This document shows, one piece after another, positions 38,209-51,552 of a stretch of DNA of 64,000 nucleotides. How positions within the stretch are numbered: position 1 is the first letter of the stretch; each line of letters begins with the position of its first letter. The notes below the pieces were generated by a model. That model saw only the letters and a list, made by a program, of their open reading frames with translations, was not told the origin of the DNA and ran no database searches. The translations under genes and the position numbers were made by a program. The stretch is from NCBI GenBank assembly GCA_030704615.1, contig CM060731.1, forward strand, positions 23,932,001-23,996,000, read 5' to 3'. The DNA is from Takakia lepidozioides. Its lineage: Eukaryota > Plantae > Bryophyta.

Positions 38209-41200
38209 TTAGAGTTTGGAAGCTGACAGCTGGGTGAGCTCTCTTCGTAGAATTTTTCCTGAGGCAGATTTGGGAATAGCTTCTATGAATGTGACTCGCC
38301 GCAGCTTTTTGTAAGGTGCCACCTGCACATCCTCCGACCAGTCACAACTGTAGATCTCCATTCGCAAGTCAACCAAATGTTATAGAGGATACGTCGGACA
38401 CTACATTTATCGGTTGGATGCTTAAGCATCCCTACGAGATACGATAGTAATACCACCAGCTACTTGACATTTGAAAGCAGACAAGCTCACAGAAGTGGGC
38501 AGAGATATAGAGAGGATGTATTACAGTTTTTCCTATCTTTCCATACCTTTCCCCAGTAGAAGAAAAATCTCACCTGTTCAGCAACAAAGTCTATGACTTC
38601 TTGTTCTGTTACTGGAGACCCTGGACTTCGAACAACATAAGCCACTGGTATTTGGCCAGCTTCTTCGTGGGGAAACCTGATGTACCAGCCCACCATTTTG
38701 TGAGAGCAACTAAATTCATTTCATTGTTGAGAATCAATCGTCAACTCTGCAGGGATCCACATCATACACCCTGAGCAGATCAATAATCAACCGACATGCA
38801 ACCGTCAATTTCTAGTTTGACACAATCACTCTGTTATTTCATCCCCAGTTAAGGGACTAGACGGTCGATCATCCGAGCGACAGCCACCTCAGATGTTGAG
38901 TGCGCCTAGGAGTTTTGGCAGAGTCACGGAGTGTGTAATAGTGAGCTTTGAGCTTTCCCCTTTTTACGATCCGTGGACATGGTCTAGGACTGTCAAAACT
39001 ATCTGAAAAATGAATTTTGGTCAAATAACTACGCACCCTCAAAGCAACATCAGAAGCATAAAGACACTTACGGGACAACAGCAGAATCAAGAATCGACGG
39101 ATGTGAGATCAATATCGCCTCCAACTCTGCTGGAGCAACCTGTAGAAGCAAGAGTCATTTCTGTTCAAATCAATTACCAGAGACACAAAGCTCCCTATAA
39201 AGGTTCAAAGGGAGATATATAGTTCTCCGAGGACTTCCCATGAAAACAAAGAGGTCTGGAGTGCCAATAATTACCTGAAAGCCTTTATATTTAATGAGTT
39301 CCTTGATGCGGTCCACCACATAGAGGCGGCCCTCGTTATCAAAATAAACCAGATCTCCTGTGTGCAACCACCCTTCCCTGTCGATTGTTGCTGCTGTGGC
39401 CTCTGCATTGTTTAGATACCCTGCATTCATGATTCACTCTGAAAGTGTAAGTCCACTGAACATTGAAGACACGGAAAATAGAAAGCCTTCCAAGTGTGAG
39501 ACGGACATCCAGTGGAACTGATGTGTAATCCATTATAGAGCCCGGGTCCAGAACCTGATATACCACGTTTTGAGCATGTAGGCAAATCGTAGAACTTCCA
39601 CGAGTTTCTCACAGTTCTGCCCTTATGCATGGTCCTTCAATGGTTGTGTGCCCAAGTTTGCACCGTCAGGTTAACCATATGCCACTGAACCATCCAGTGC
39701 CACTGAACCCTACCTAGATGATTTTGGGCACTTAAAAAGTGTCTTTGAAACTGTCTTAAGTACTAAATGCCAGTCCATATCTGTACTACTTGGAAAAGAG
39801 ACTGCAGGAAGGGACTGCAACAAACCTTCGTAATGTTCACTTTCTCTCCATCACAGTTTTTGTAGCAAAATAGCAAATTATACTGCAGGCATATGCATGG
39901 ATGGTACCTTGCATATTTTGATGACCCCGCATCCAAAGCTCGCCCGTGCGGTTGGGAGAAAGGGGTCGCCCAGTCTCCACGTCCACCACCATAGCTTCAG
40001 TATTGCTCACCAGCCACCCTGCTGAACCATAATCTGACTTAGGATCATGCATCTCCTTACTGAAAATGTGTGTGGTTGTGCCCATGGCTGTTGATTCGGT
40101 GAGTCCATAACCCTGACATTGACAGGTATTGACCTGTAGATGAGGTGAGATTGCACAAAATTCCTCCCTCTTTTTTATAAACGATCAATTCCCCCGCGAA
40201 ATAGTGGACAGAACTTGTGTAACAGGAGAAAGCTTAGATTCTGAACTGATTTGCAGTCTCCCGTGCCATCGGCGTGCCTACAAGCCATGCCATGGAAGAC
40301 ACTAAAATCCTTGGCAATTCAATCTAGGCTTTGCACCATGCACTGGAAGTCTTGTAGAAGCAGGGATAATTAGTACTGTGGAGCCAACCTGTCCAGTTGG
40401 AAATTAAGAAGCAAGATCTGGAATGCAAATAATAGACAAGAACAGACCTGATTGACTGCTACTGTGGGAAAACGTTCGGAACATTTCTCCATAAGTTCCT
40501 TCCCGAGGGGTGCCGCCCCAGAGCTGATGGTCCTGAGCGAGCTTAGATCGTACTTGCTGACCACGTCTAATTTGGTGAGTGCTAAGACGATTGGTGGAAC
40601 CACAGGAATGCCTGTAACCCGGAATCGCTGGATGGCCTCGAGCATTTCAAGGAATCCAAATTTCGGCATTATCACTGAGGTAACCCCCCGCCGTAGCTCG
40701 GCACAGGCTACTAGTGCTAAGCCATACACATGAAAGAAAGGAACCGTGCAAAGAAGGACTTCATCCTCTAGTACGTCTTCGAATTCATGGATGCCATCAA
40801 CTATAACCTGGGCAGCAATGAAGTTTCTGTGAGAGAGAATCACACCCTTGCTTACTCCTGTAGTGCCAGAAGAATAAAGCAGTGCTGCAGTATCGCTCTG
40901 TCGGATGTGCACCCTTGGTGCTTTGCTGGGATCTGCCGCCAGAAGCTTTGAGAATGGAGTAAATGAGAGACCAGCGACAGACTCGATAGTTGTATCTCCC
41001 AACAGGACGAGGGGGAGACTCCTGATGCCCTCCAATTTATTCGTCAACTCTGGTATGGTAATAATGAAGCAGGCTCCCGAGTCCCGCGCTTGCTTTGTAA
41101 TTTCTACTCGTGTGTTTAGAGGGTTCAAGGTGGTAATCACCGCACCCATGGAGGCAATTGCCATAAATATCACTGGAAAGTAGATGGAGTTGCCCAGCAG

Positions 41201-41482
41201 GACAAGGACCACGCTGCCTTGGCGCACACCCAGCTCTTGCAGGCCTGCAGCCACTGAACGCATGCTTTGAATCACTTCTCCAAACGTGAGACTTTCTCCA
41301 GTCTCCGCATGTATGAAGGCCATCTTCTTCGCAAAAGTGGGATCCCCAGCACTCCCTGAGAGCATGTACGTCACTAAATCCAAGTCAGGACGCTGCGGAA
41401 AATTGATCTCCGGCCGCAAGCTGCGATATATGCCATCTCTGCCATACCCACTTCGTTCCATTCTCAAACCGTCGAGCTCCAT
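38209..41482 (-). CDS. 4CLL7: 4-coumarate:CoA ligase-like peroxisomal acyl-activating enzyme (At4g05160/4CL-like 7 type), about 556 aa
   Basis: Exons 41482-40448, 40112-39908, 39420-39275, 39139-39072, 38676-38574 and 38322-38209; all GT-AG, frame-consistent, 1671 nt. Motifs: N-terminal [72 protein letters not shown] and C-terminal PTS1 SKL. Confidence 0.95.
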
Positions 41483-43446
41483 CTTGAAAAATGGAGAGAT
41501 AAACACCCTGCCAAGATATGAAGCTTCGAAGTTGCGGAGTGCACCAAGGTAGCCTTGTGTGCTATTTCACAACTGCCAGTTGGTGAGACAAATCTGCATG
41601 GTGGGTCATGGCGGCTTGCAGGTCAGCATCATTAATCTCCAGGGGAGGTAAGCCTCAACAACTGCAGCAAGCTCTGTGCGTGCCGCCATCCAGATTTCTC
41701 TTTTCTCTTTTACTGCTCACACAAGTTGAAGTGGTCCGGAAATAATTTGAGTTGAACCAGCCAATGGACATCATTTTGAGAACCAACCGGCTAATAAGTG
41801 GGTTGGGGAGTCGGTTGCTTCCCCTTAATGGTAATTAGAATAGTCAATTTCCTATGTAAACTTCCTCGATAAATTTCCTAAGGTTATATTATTACTCGGA
41901 AATTCCTCGAAACCACTCGGCTAGCATGCTACAACTGGCTGCCGGTTCTCCCCGTTGGTAGATGTCACAACCGGCCTTTACAATTTTGACTTCACACTGC
42001 ACCCTTCACTATGCGACAAAACAAAGCAATGGCAGCACATTGCACCTGCACTAGATAACAGCGTCTCGCAGGTAGCACAAGGGGCTGCCCAGTGCGATCA
42101 ACAGTAATACGACCTGCTTTCAAACTTTTTGTTGATCCAGAGCTACTATCTTCCTAAGCTCAGTCCAAAGCAATAGGACCTTTCATAAGTTCTAATTATG
42201 AAGATGCCTCTTTAACTACTCTTTTACTTATGTGGGGTTTGAATTTTGAACGGATACATTTTGCTAGTCTACGCTACAATATGCAAACTATATATAACTT
42301 GGAGTCTCCTCAAGGGGGGGCAATAGCGGCAAGCTGAAGTAGTTAGCTACGCCAGCTACGGCGGAGTTGGTTGAAAGTTGCACACACGTTGCTATTCAAA
42401 GAGTTGAGCCGTAATAAGTACCCAAGAACTGTTCGGGACAAATTGATGTTCAAGGAAATCGAGAGAAAATGGAGGGAGAAAGAAGGCTGCAGAGTTTCGT
42501 TGGTAGGTAGTGTATTTGATCAAGCAACCTTGTGGGCGTCGCCCCTGTACCGATCGTAGGTCTGCAGCTGAAAAATGGCCAGAAATTTTGGAGAGAGGGA
42601 CAAAACAATCGTAAAATTTGTGATCCGATGTACCACAAACTTAACGGTCCGTTTCAAGCGGGAGCTGTGAACCAGAATTTGAAGCGGCTGATATGGACGT
42701 GAACCGGTTGGTGTGTTCATCCGGCTTCTCGCTCGATTGGCTGCTTGATTCTTGTGCATGAAGAATACAAAGGACTGCTAGTCATGTTCATCAAAGTCGC
42801 TTGATACAGGAAGCTCATGAGCATCAAAATGCAAACTCAGTTGACAATTTATCTATTACGACATAGAGATATCAAGAACTATGACTAGAAAGAGAAACTA
42901 CATCACCTAGAATTACTAAGAAGAACAGTAGGGACATCGTCTATTGTTATAAGCCAATTGATACCACCACTTCGAGCTACTATCGATGTGAAATGCGATA
43001 GCAGACTTCTGGGAAGGAAGATGAAGCGTTGCAATTCCATAACGAGAATGAACCTGAATCTGAGATGCGTCACGATCTTCAAGTATTACATCTACGGTGC
43101 ATGTGAGGAAATCTGATGAAGACAAGAACCAAGAATCAATTTATATCAAGAATCAATTTTGGGTTTTCCGAGTATTACTCTCACATCCGGTGAAGTCAAA
43201 TCCTTGGTACTTCAAACTTGAAATATATTTTACATCCTGTAAATATTCTTGTGATTTATGATCCGTCTCGCTTTTCCCAAATATTCATGCTCCTTCTCCC
43301 TTTTCTCCTGACAGATTCCTTGCACTTCGATATTTGTGTCTTGGCTGTAACTGGGTTAATCCCTCTCAATATATCCATATTCGGCTGGTTTCGTGCTAAC
43401 TAGTGAAATGACTTCTTGTAACAGAACTTTGCACTTGTTAATCATC

Positions 43447-43795
43447 AAAAACCCAACTGGTAAGTTAAACGAAATTGAGCATCAGTTTGAACTCTAATCT
43501 AGGCAAGCATGCAGTTTCAAGAGAAGCTTGCACCATTTGATAGACTTTCTAAATGTACAGAACGGAGCATGGGCAAACGTTACTATGTAAACTTCACGAT
43601 CGTCTAAAATTGTTTTTGCTAGAACAAAAACCCAATACATGAAATTGGGCATCAGCTTGAACTCTAATCTAGGCAAGCATGCAGCTTCAAGAGAAGCTTG
43701 CACCATTTGATAGACTTTTAAATGTACAGAACGGAGCATGGGCAAACGTTACTATGAAAACTTCACGGTCGTCTAAAATTGTTTTTGCCAGAACA
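43447..43795. repeat. About 170-bp tandem duplication just downstream of the ERD7-like stop codon
   Basis: GAAATTG(A/G)GCATCAG...TCGTCTAAAATTGTTTTTGC.AGAACA starts at 43471 and 43641, with few substitutions. Confidence 0.92.
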
Positions 43796-43829
43796 TCAAG
43801 TACCCTGTCGCATCCAGGTAAATCATCAA

Positions 43830-46800
43830 TCACTTTCCCTTCCCTGCGCCTATAGCTGCTTTTGCTGCAGATTTTATCAGCCCGGTCTTTGAAAGTCCAT
43901 TTTTCCCAGGTTGCAAGGCTTTGCGCAGTTTAGAAATAGTCCATGCTGTAGCAAACGCATGCCCGGCAGTTGCCATAGTCTCCTCTGACACTTTCCCAGC
44001 TTCCTCCCCATACCTGTAGAATGCAAGCCAGGAAATTAAACGTCGTCTACGGCGCAAGACTTCTAAAACAGTTAAAACTAAGTACTACTGTCATTTCCCC
44101 AGGGAATAGATTTCAGCGAAGCTCTATGCAGAACACCAATGCCTTGGAAAGCATATGGAAGATAGATCACTCCAGCAGTTAGAACATTGCTCGCACATAC
44201 GTCTAGTACTTCAATCAGAGACAGAGCTGACTGAAATTACTTTGTCAGGGTCTAAAAATAAGAGGAAAATTCAGTAATCCGATAGGTTTCAAAGTAGACA
44301 TCAGATGGAGATTGTAGATGTGTGTTCTAACCTGTGAGAGACAACGTTCTGCGTCATCAAGGACGATGATTGCATAATGTCCGTGCCTGCTTTCTCCACA
44401 GCATCAAACAGTTTTCCTGTTGTTCATCCCACACAACCGCCCCCCTTGTCAGGCCTCCAGAACAATTTTAGATTTCTAGGTGCATCAAAATCGATTTGCA
44501 AACTGTCATCTGTACGGCCATGAGCATAGCAAATTTTAGGAAGGGCTGGGAGAGAGTATAATAAAGCACAGGATTTATCAGGTGACACTTACCGAAAGCA
44601 TCGAGAGAAACTAGGGCCACCTCTCCAGGCAGCAGCTTGAAAAACTTTTTACCAGTCTTGGAACTAATCACAGCACCAGAGAAGAAGCCAGTAGTCCTCA
44701 CAACACCCGATAACACACTTCCAGCTAACTTTTCTGTCGCTCTTGACATACTCCTTGCCCTGCATTAGTCACATCAAAACCAAGACTCAAACATTACCAT
44801 CCATACCGAATAATGGCAAATGCTCACATCAGTGGCATGACATAAAACGTAAGATAGAGAAGATGCACCAGCCCCACTGGCCAGAGAGAATAGAAAGGAG
44901 AAATACCTGCTAAGGTTGCGGAGTGTTCGAGGGCTGATTTGGCTGGGCTTATCCCTGGACTTCATCTTACTCTTCATGTAAATACTTCCATTCTCGAGCT
45001 GTGCCACAGTTGAATCTCTGACCCAGAAAATACCCCTTATGATATGGCCTGTACCCATAGCAATGCCTCTGGCCATACTGGTGCCATAGTCATCCACATT
45101 CGGAGCCATAGTCGTCCAAAAGTCTGCCTGGTTTTGCTCTGAAATCTGGACATAAATCAAATACCAATGTAAATTGATGTCAATCACAAATACCCAATGT
45201 GAACTCACCATTCCACAGTCCTCTTCCTCAACCGCATCGCTCAAACTCTCTCTAAGCTCTGCTATCTCCCATACTGTTCCTAGTGTTTCCCTGTGCATCT
45301 GCTGTCTACACCCAATACTGGAGAGCTTGTCCCTAGTCTTCCCACATCTGGTGTTCATGCCCCAAAAACCAAAAACATGAAGTTCTTAGCAAAAACAGGC
45401 TTCAGAGGGATGGCAAATTCCAGGCACGATGTGATGAAGAAGAAAGGTTGTGGTATGGCAATGATCTCTTACATGTGGCAAAATTCTCTTAAGTTTCCTG
45501 ATGCACGTGAAAACCGAAATTTTACTAGGAGAAAGCTCCTGGACCGACTTGTTTTTTAGGGGGCTTTGTAGGGTGTAGGCCAAAGAATTACGAAACTGAA
45601 TTTGACATGAGCACTTCTCTTGATTTCATATGCCATTGGCTTCCCCCAAGGACAGATAGAACGTTTGTGAAGATGTTATGGCTCCAATGTACAAGCAGAA
45701 AGGGTTTGTACTTCTCGACTAGAATGCCCTCCTTCCCCAGATTGGTCAGCTCATGGAAATTGACTGACGAAATCGTGCAAACACCACATTCTGCAAAACT
45801 CGTTCCTTTTACGCATTTACCAACACGACTCTACAGTCCAGACAAACAAAGAAGTACCTAAAGTAAAGTTTCATGGATAGATGCATCACACCTTCTTCCC
45901 GTCACTGGAGACTACTTCCTCTGGAACAACCATACCACCGAACTTCCCAGACCGACCCCCATCAGCACTTGGAACTCTCTGATCACCTCCCACCATCTCT
46001 TCTTTCTGCTTGTCACCATGGACAAGAGTAGGGCTAGAGAAGCAACTGTACTGTACTAGCAATCTATCAAGCTCTGCAAGTGCCCCCTCGTGTCCAGATA
46101 CTGGAAATGTAACTCCGTAACTCAAAGTTTCACTACCATTGTTTGCAGACCCTGCCGAACCTGTTTCCTGTGTACAATAAAGAGACCAGCGTTAGCGAAG
46201 TAGTGGACAGATCTCTAGCAGAATGCAGAAGAAATCAACTTTAGGAGGACAAAGCTTAAAATGCGTGACATGTCAAGTCGAGTGAGGGTTATATATGGTT
46301 TGACAACGGTTTCTAGCAATCGATCAATATTGTCCCATCTTCACCAGTTGCTTCTTCGAGAAAGCGTAGATCACCTAAACTTGCTCAATTAATGGGTCAC
46401 CAACGTGGTCTGTGGACAACCCTAAGTCAAATTCTGAGATGAATCCCCCATCGGACTCCACATTTCCAGCATAGTCGATGCAAATTTCCCGTTGGCCGCC
46501 CAGATCTGTGTCAGTTTCCAGAATTTACAAAGCACATGGCTCTAGGAGAATGCAACTTTGTTCGCAAGGCAACCAATACGAAAACGACACCAGATTAAAT
46601 TTCGAAGCATACCTCCCTGGCAGAGACACTGTCCTCCCTCTCCAGTCCAGCAGGTGGCGCCCGAAAAGTAAAGAAATAGTGGGAAGGATCAAGCTTCACG
46701 GTGGGTTCATCCTTCACCAGTGGCCATTGAAGGTTCTCTCCCACACGGACCAGAGCTACAATTCCATTTCCCTGCTGGTTGATTCGGACTACAGAAAAAT

Positions 46801-47254
46801 CGCCTGAACCTAAATGGGGACTCTCCTGCTCATCGATCAAGTGCACCATGGCGCCCGGAATTCGAACCAAAACTTCTTCGGACGTTTCAACTGACTCAGC
46901 CTCTGCCCCGTTCTGTTCTTCGCCCAATGAACTCATCGTTGAATTTCTCCGAGGAAGCTGGACAGGCCTCTCGGTGTTTCTGGCGCCGCTTTCAGCAGTG
47001 TACTGCGTGACTGCTGGACCGTGACTCACGTAAGGATTACTCGAGTCTCCCTGCAGAGACTGCGACCTAGCCATTCCCTTCCGATTAGAAGGGTAAGAAT
47101 TTGGATTACCACTTGCATACTCGGGGGACTCATATCTGCCATTATTATTTTCTTTCTGCTGTGCGGTGCTCCCCATCCATTTGTCCGACCCAATCATGAA
47201 CGGTTGAGAGGCTGGGCTGCTCTCCCCGCCAATGTGCTTCTTCAGCCACTGCAT
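43830..47254 (-). CDS. ERD7: Senescence/dehydration-associated protein (ERD7/spartin-like Senescence domain), about 530 aa
   Basis: Exons 47254-46613, 46167-45892, 45145-44907, 44759-44593, 44416-44332 and 44013-43830; GT-AG, frame-consistent, 1593 nt. Motifs: EEVLVRIPGAMVHLID, LQWPLVKDEPTVKLDPSHYFF, LSYGVT, FWTTMAPNVDDY, GKKFFKLLPGEVALVSLDAF, VSHRYGEEAG. Confidence 0.93.
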
Positions 47255-48863
47255 TGCTCAGTGTATACTTTTGCGGAAGAAATTCTAAGAGATTGATTGT
47301 AACAGAATCTTGAGCTTTCTCTAGCTCCGAGAAAGAGAAAGAAACAAAGAAATAGAGCAAATCCGCAACTCCCACAGAGAGAATGGCGAACTGAACTTGC
47401 TATGCGCTCTCGTGCTTGCAGATAACAAAGAGAGAATGAAAACCCAACTCCAGATCGCATACAAGTAGGACTATGTCGGCGATTAGACAAAGAGGGACTG
47501 GAATCCTTGCGAGGAGCTGTGCACACGGCTACACACGCGGTCGGTTGCAAGAACGCGTGCGTTGTGGAAAGATCAGCGGATTTTGTCGGTCGGTTTCCCG
47601 CAGTAGCGCACGACACTTGGCAAGCGATATCTCGTCTACACGTGGCACTTCATCTGGAAGTGTGAACCAATCTCAGAACGAAACGTGAACCCGGCCACGC
47701 AAGTATCACGCTCTGGGCCCCTGCTACTTACACGTGTTCTTCCTTTGCCATGTCATCAGCTTCACATTCCGGTTTTGCCACACGAGGGAAAAGTTGTCCG
47801 CTTTCAAGCAAACCGGGTGTACCTGGTGATCCTGGGTTCAATCCTTCCACCGTCCATTGGCCCCTTGATGCGTTAAAGCATTATTTTATTTTATTTCTGA
47901 TGAAAAACACCTGGGAGCGACAGATCACAAATCAGGCCCCGTGATAGTGAGAGGAGAAAATAACCTCTTTCATAGTAACCGTGCCATGGAGACTGAGAAA
48001 TGGGACACCGCCAAGGGAAGGGGAAAAGAAAAGTATACCACCCATCTAGTAGCAGGATTTGACCCCAGAGTCATCTGGGTGGCACTCAGTGCTGTTAGTA
48101 GCAAACTGGATTTTGCCTCACAAGGATTTAAGGATATGACCAACCAAATAAGGCTTTGTAGAACAGATCATTGTATGGATGAAATTTGTCCATTTCTGGT
48201 TCAGATGAGATATGAAAAAATGTAAAAATCAAATTTGGTTCACATGTGAGAAAGTAACATATGATATGAACACCCCAGTCCCAAGAATTTTTTGGCAAAA
48301 CTGTAAACCTCCGTCCACGTAAAGGCTCATAATTTGCGAAAAAATTCAGATCATGAAAATGTACTTTCAGGTTGGTAAACTCCACCTCAAAAACTTTGAG
48401 AGTTATCCACATTAGAAGTTGATTGTAACACTTTAGACACACGGCCACACATACTGCAACCACCCATAAATACATGGGTTGCGAGTAACTAGACATAACC
48501 AAGTGACAACTCCACAAAATTCTCATTTCACATCCGAAATCCAAATTGCTTAACCTCATCAATGCAAGCACGTTCCAAGGTAGTCCACCGGACCACACTA
48601 TACCCCCATGGCTATTATCGTGTGTATGCTCCCAAAAGGCACCGGTGCCTTTGCCTACCAAGAAACAAGAAAATATGACCCAATCATACATGCGCTCCGT
48701 CAGCGAGGCTAGAATACGGCACCTCTGATAGCCATCACTATAGGTTGTCAGGGGCGGCGCTCATACCCATAATATCCAAGGTTTGAAAGATAATCTCAAA
48801 CTACCACCCAAATACACTACATCCGAGTAACCTTGCAAAGGAAAGACTTCATCTAAGTTCTTT

Positions 48864-49310
48864 TTAAACACTACTCCTTTTTCTTTGGTACCTTATAAGT
48901 ACCAAATGATTATTTTTACAGCACCCCAATGTTTTTCTCCTGGATTGCTCAGATATTGTGCACACTGCTCCAACAACATATGATATGTTTGGTCTTGTAC
49001 ATACCATAACAAACATAAGGCTTCCTACTGCGCTATGATATGGAACACATTCCATAGCTTTCTTTTCTTCCAGGGTTTAGGACTGTCTTCCTATGATAAC
49101 TTCAATCCAGTTTCCAATGGAGTAGATATAGGTTTACATGTATCCATGTTGTATATCTGAATGAGCCCATCTACATATATTTCATGTGATATTAAAATTG
49201 TGCCCTCTTCTCTGTTTCTTTTAATTTGTAACCCTAGGCAATAATATATGTCACCAAGATCCATTATCTCAAACTCGGATTCTTCTTGTAAAAGACCTTT
49301 GGAGTCATTA
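48864..49310 (-). mobile_element. Ty1/Copia reverse transcriptase fragment, degenerate
   Basis: EFEIMDLG..YCLGLQIKRNR...CKPISTPLE and VPYHSAVGSLMFVMVCTRPNISYVVG. Confidence 0.88.
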
Positions 49311-51552
49311 CTAACCAATCTGCATGTGTCTGGGTTGAAGAGGCAATGAGCTTTAAGCCGTGTGGGCATCATTTTGATATTGCTCCCTGGGTGCGGACCA
49401 CCGGCTCCCCATACCCCCATAGGACCTACTGAATAAACGTGAAATATCCTCCAACTGTCATTCCGTCACTTGGGCCATGCTGAAGGTTGTGATGGTCAAC
49501 ATCAATGTGGAGACCTGCTACAGGATTTTCGTACGTGTGGAAGCTGGTCAGATCAATGTGGTTGAATTATGGGAGACCCCGAGGGAAGATCACCGGTTCA
49601 AACTACACTACAAGTACTGGGTACTGTAGAGGCTAGCAAGTTCAAAGCACGAATTTCTCACGAATTTCCGAGTCCCATGTTTCCGTCCGTGAGCAAACCG
49701 TCTGTTCAAATACACATCGCTATGTCCACTTACAATCTAGCGGTCATAGTGAAAAAACGGCCAAGAAATCTAGAGTATTGAGCAAGTTGTACACACTGCA
49801 TAAGGTCAATGCTAAATTCATGGCATACCGAACCACAAGAGAGAAGAAATGTTTGCTTAAGAAACCTGGAAGAATGGATGATTCAATTCTTGTTCTTGCG
49901 CATAAACTCCCAATTATTAAAAAATGAGAGGCTATATTTATTACAATTAAAACTAGGGTCGGACCAACAGATAGCGGGTATATCAGGTTTTGGACCTAGC
50001 AGGCGCTCCCGGTCTGGTTCCGGGTCCATTTCAGAAATTAACCCGGTCAAGGTCCAGGTTTATGGTGATGACACATTTGGACCGTAAGGGCATGAGCAGC
50101 ATAGCATCAAACAAGCGCAAAACCAAGTCAGGTCTTTTGCTCAGGCCATACCTAATGCCAGCAAGCAGGCAACTCGTCATTTGCCCCAACAACAACCTGC
50201 ACACCGCCATGTGGCACGGTTGTGAGTAGCAACTTCATTTCCATCCTAGCTTGGAAACACGGCGGGTGCTTTTCCATCATACAACCGACCTGCCCACCAG
50301 ATTTGAAGATAATGTGCCACTATCAGGGTCAACAAAGAAGTGGTAGATGCCGTGGGGCAGGGAATGAGTTTAAGCGGGGACGGGGCTTAAAGAGCCTCGC
50401 GGTGCTGCTGGACGGACAGGCAGCCCGCACCTCATTTTGAAGTTAGCACCCTTTTTGGCACTGTTGGGCATGTTCTAACCCACCAGATACCCGAGGTCAA
50501 AACTCGGACCCTCACAACACTGGTACAAACCAGTGTTGGGCGGTTACCCGCCTGGCCCCGGGTAACCGCCGGTTCCGGTTCTGGTTATGTGGAACCGGAC
50601 CGGAACCGGACCCGCCTGCGCAGAACCGGAACCGGAAATCCAGGATTGTGTGGGAACCGGAACCGGCGGTTCCAGCTACGACCACATGTGTGGGAACCGG
50701 GTTTGGGGTTTAGGGTTCCGGTTCCGGTTCCACCCCTGGGCTGTAGCCCTAAGTGTCTCTACGTGCGCGGTTCATGATGCGGCGATGCGGAAGGTAATCG
50801 GCCACGCCGTAGTGCTGCAATAGTCCCAGAAGGCCACATCATTGGCTTGCCATCTCCATCTCACTGTGAATTCGGGCTTTGTAGCATGCGTCTGCGTTGA
50901 AGGATCGGACAGGGGAGAGATGGAAGTGTGGGAGGGGCGTGTGATTTGTTTGGGTCACAACGTTTCTACTTTGTTTCGGGAGAAACAAGGCAGGGAAGGG
51001 GAGAGCGGGAGTATGATATGTTTCACGCTGTATGCCTGATTACAGTAATGTGGATTCTGGTAGAAGCAGCTTAGGAGAGAATCCGTGTCGGACGCTTGTG
51101 TTGTGCAATACATTGGTGGGGTCGTGATTCAACTCGACCGGATTCAGGAAGAAGCAAAGGAAAACGGAACGAAGGCATGGCGGGGAGAGTGCCAGAACAG
51201 CGCCGGGTAATACTTCTGCTCAGACTGTCTCGAAGCGTATATAACTTGTCATTCAGTCTCTCTCCTCCATTTTCACGATGCATATATGTATGGAGTGAAT
51301 GCAAGGGCAATTTCTTATGAGGATAAACGGATTCTTTACATGAGGTTTTCCGCCCCCTAAGACACAAATGCACACACCAGTCTCTTTCCTCTCTCTCGTG
51401 AGCTCTTTGGCTCCCACACCCCCTAAAACAGTGCTGGTTTTGGTTCAAGTTCTACCGTATCCTACAGGCCCTCTGGTGGTTGGCCTCCTTAGTTTCTCCC
51501 TCCTCTCTCGCAGCTTACCTTCTCTCTCTTCTCTTTTCTCTTGTTTCTCTCG

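Noticed and set aside
40452-41552. Plus-strand ORFs overlapping the 4CL-like exon 1 (and similar shadow ORFs over the PPR, ERD7 and LINE regions)
   Set aside because: These are antisense shadows of real coding sequence with no independent support.
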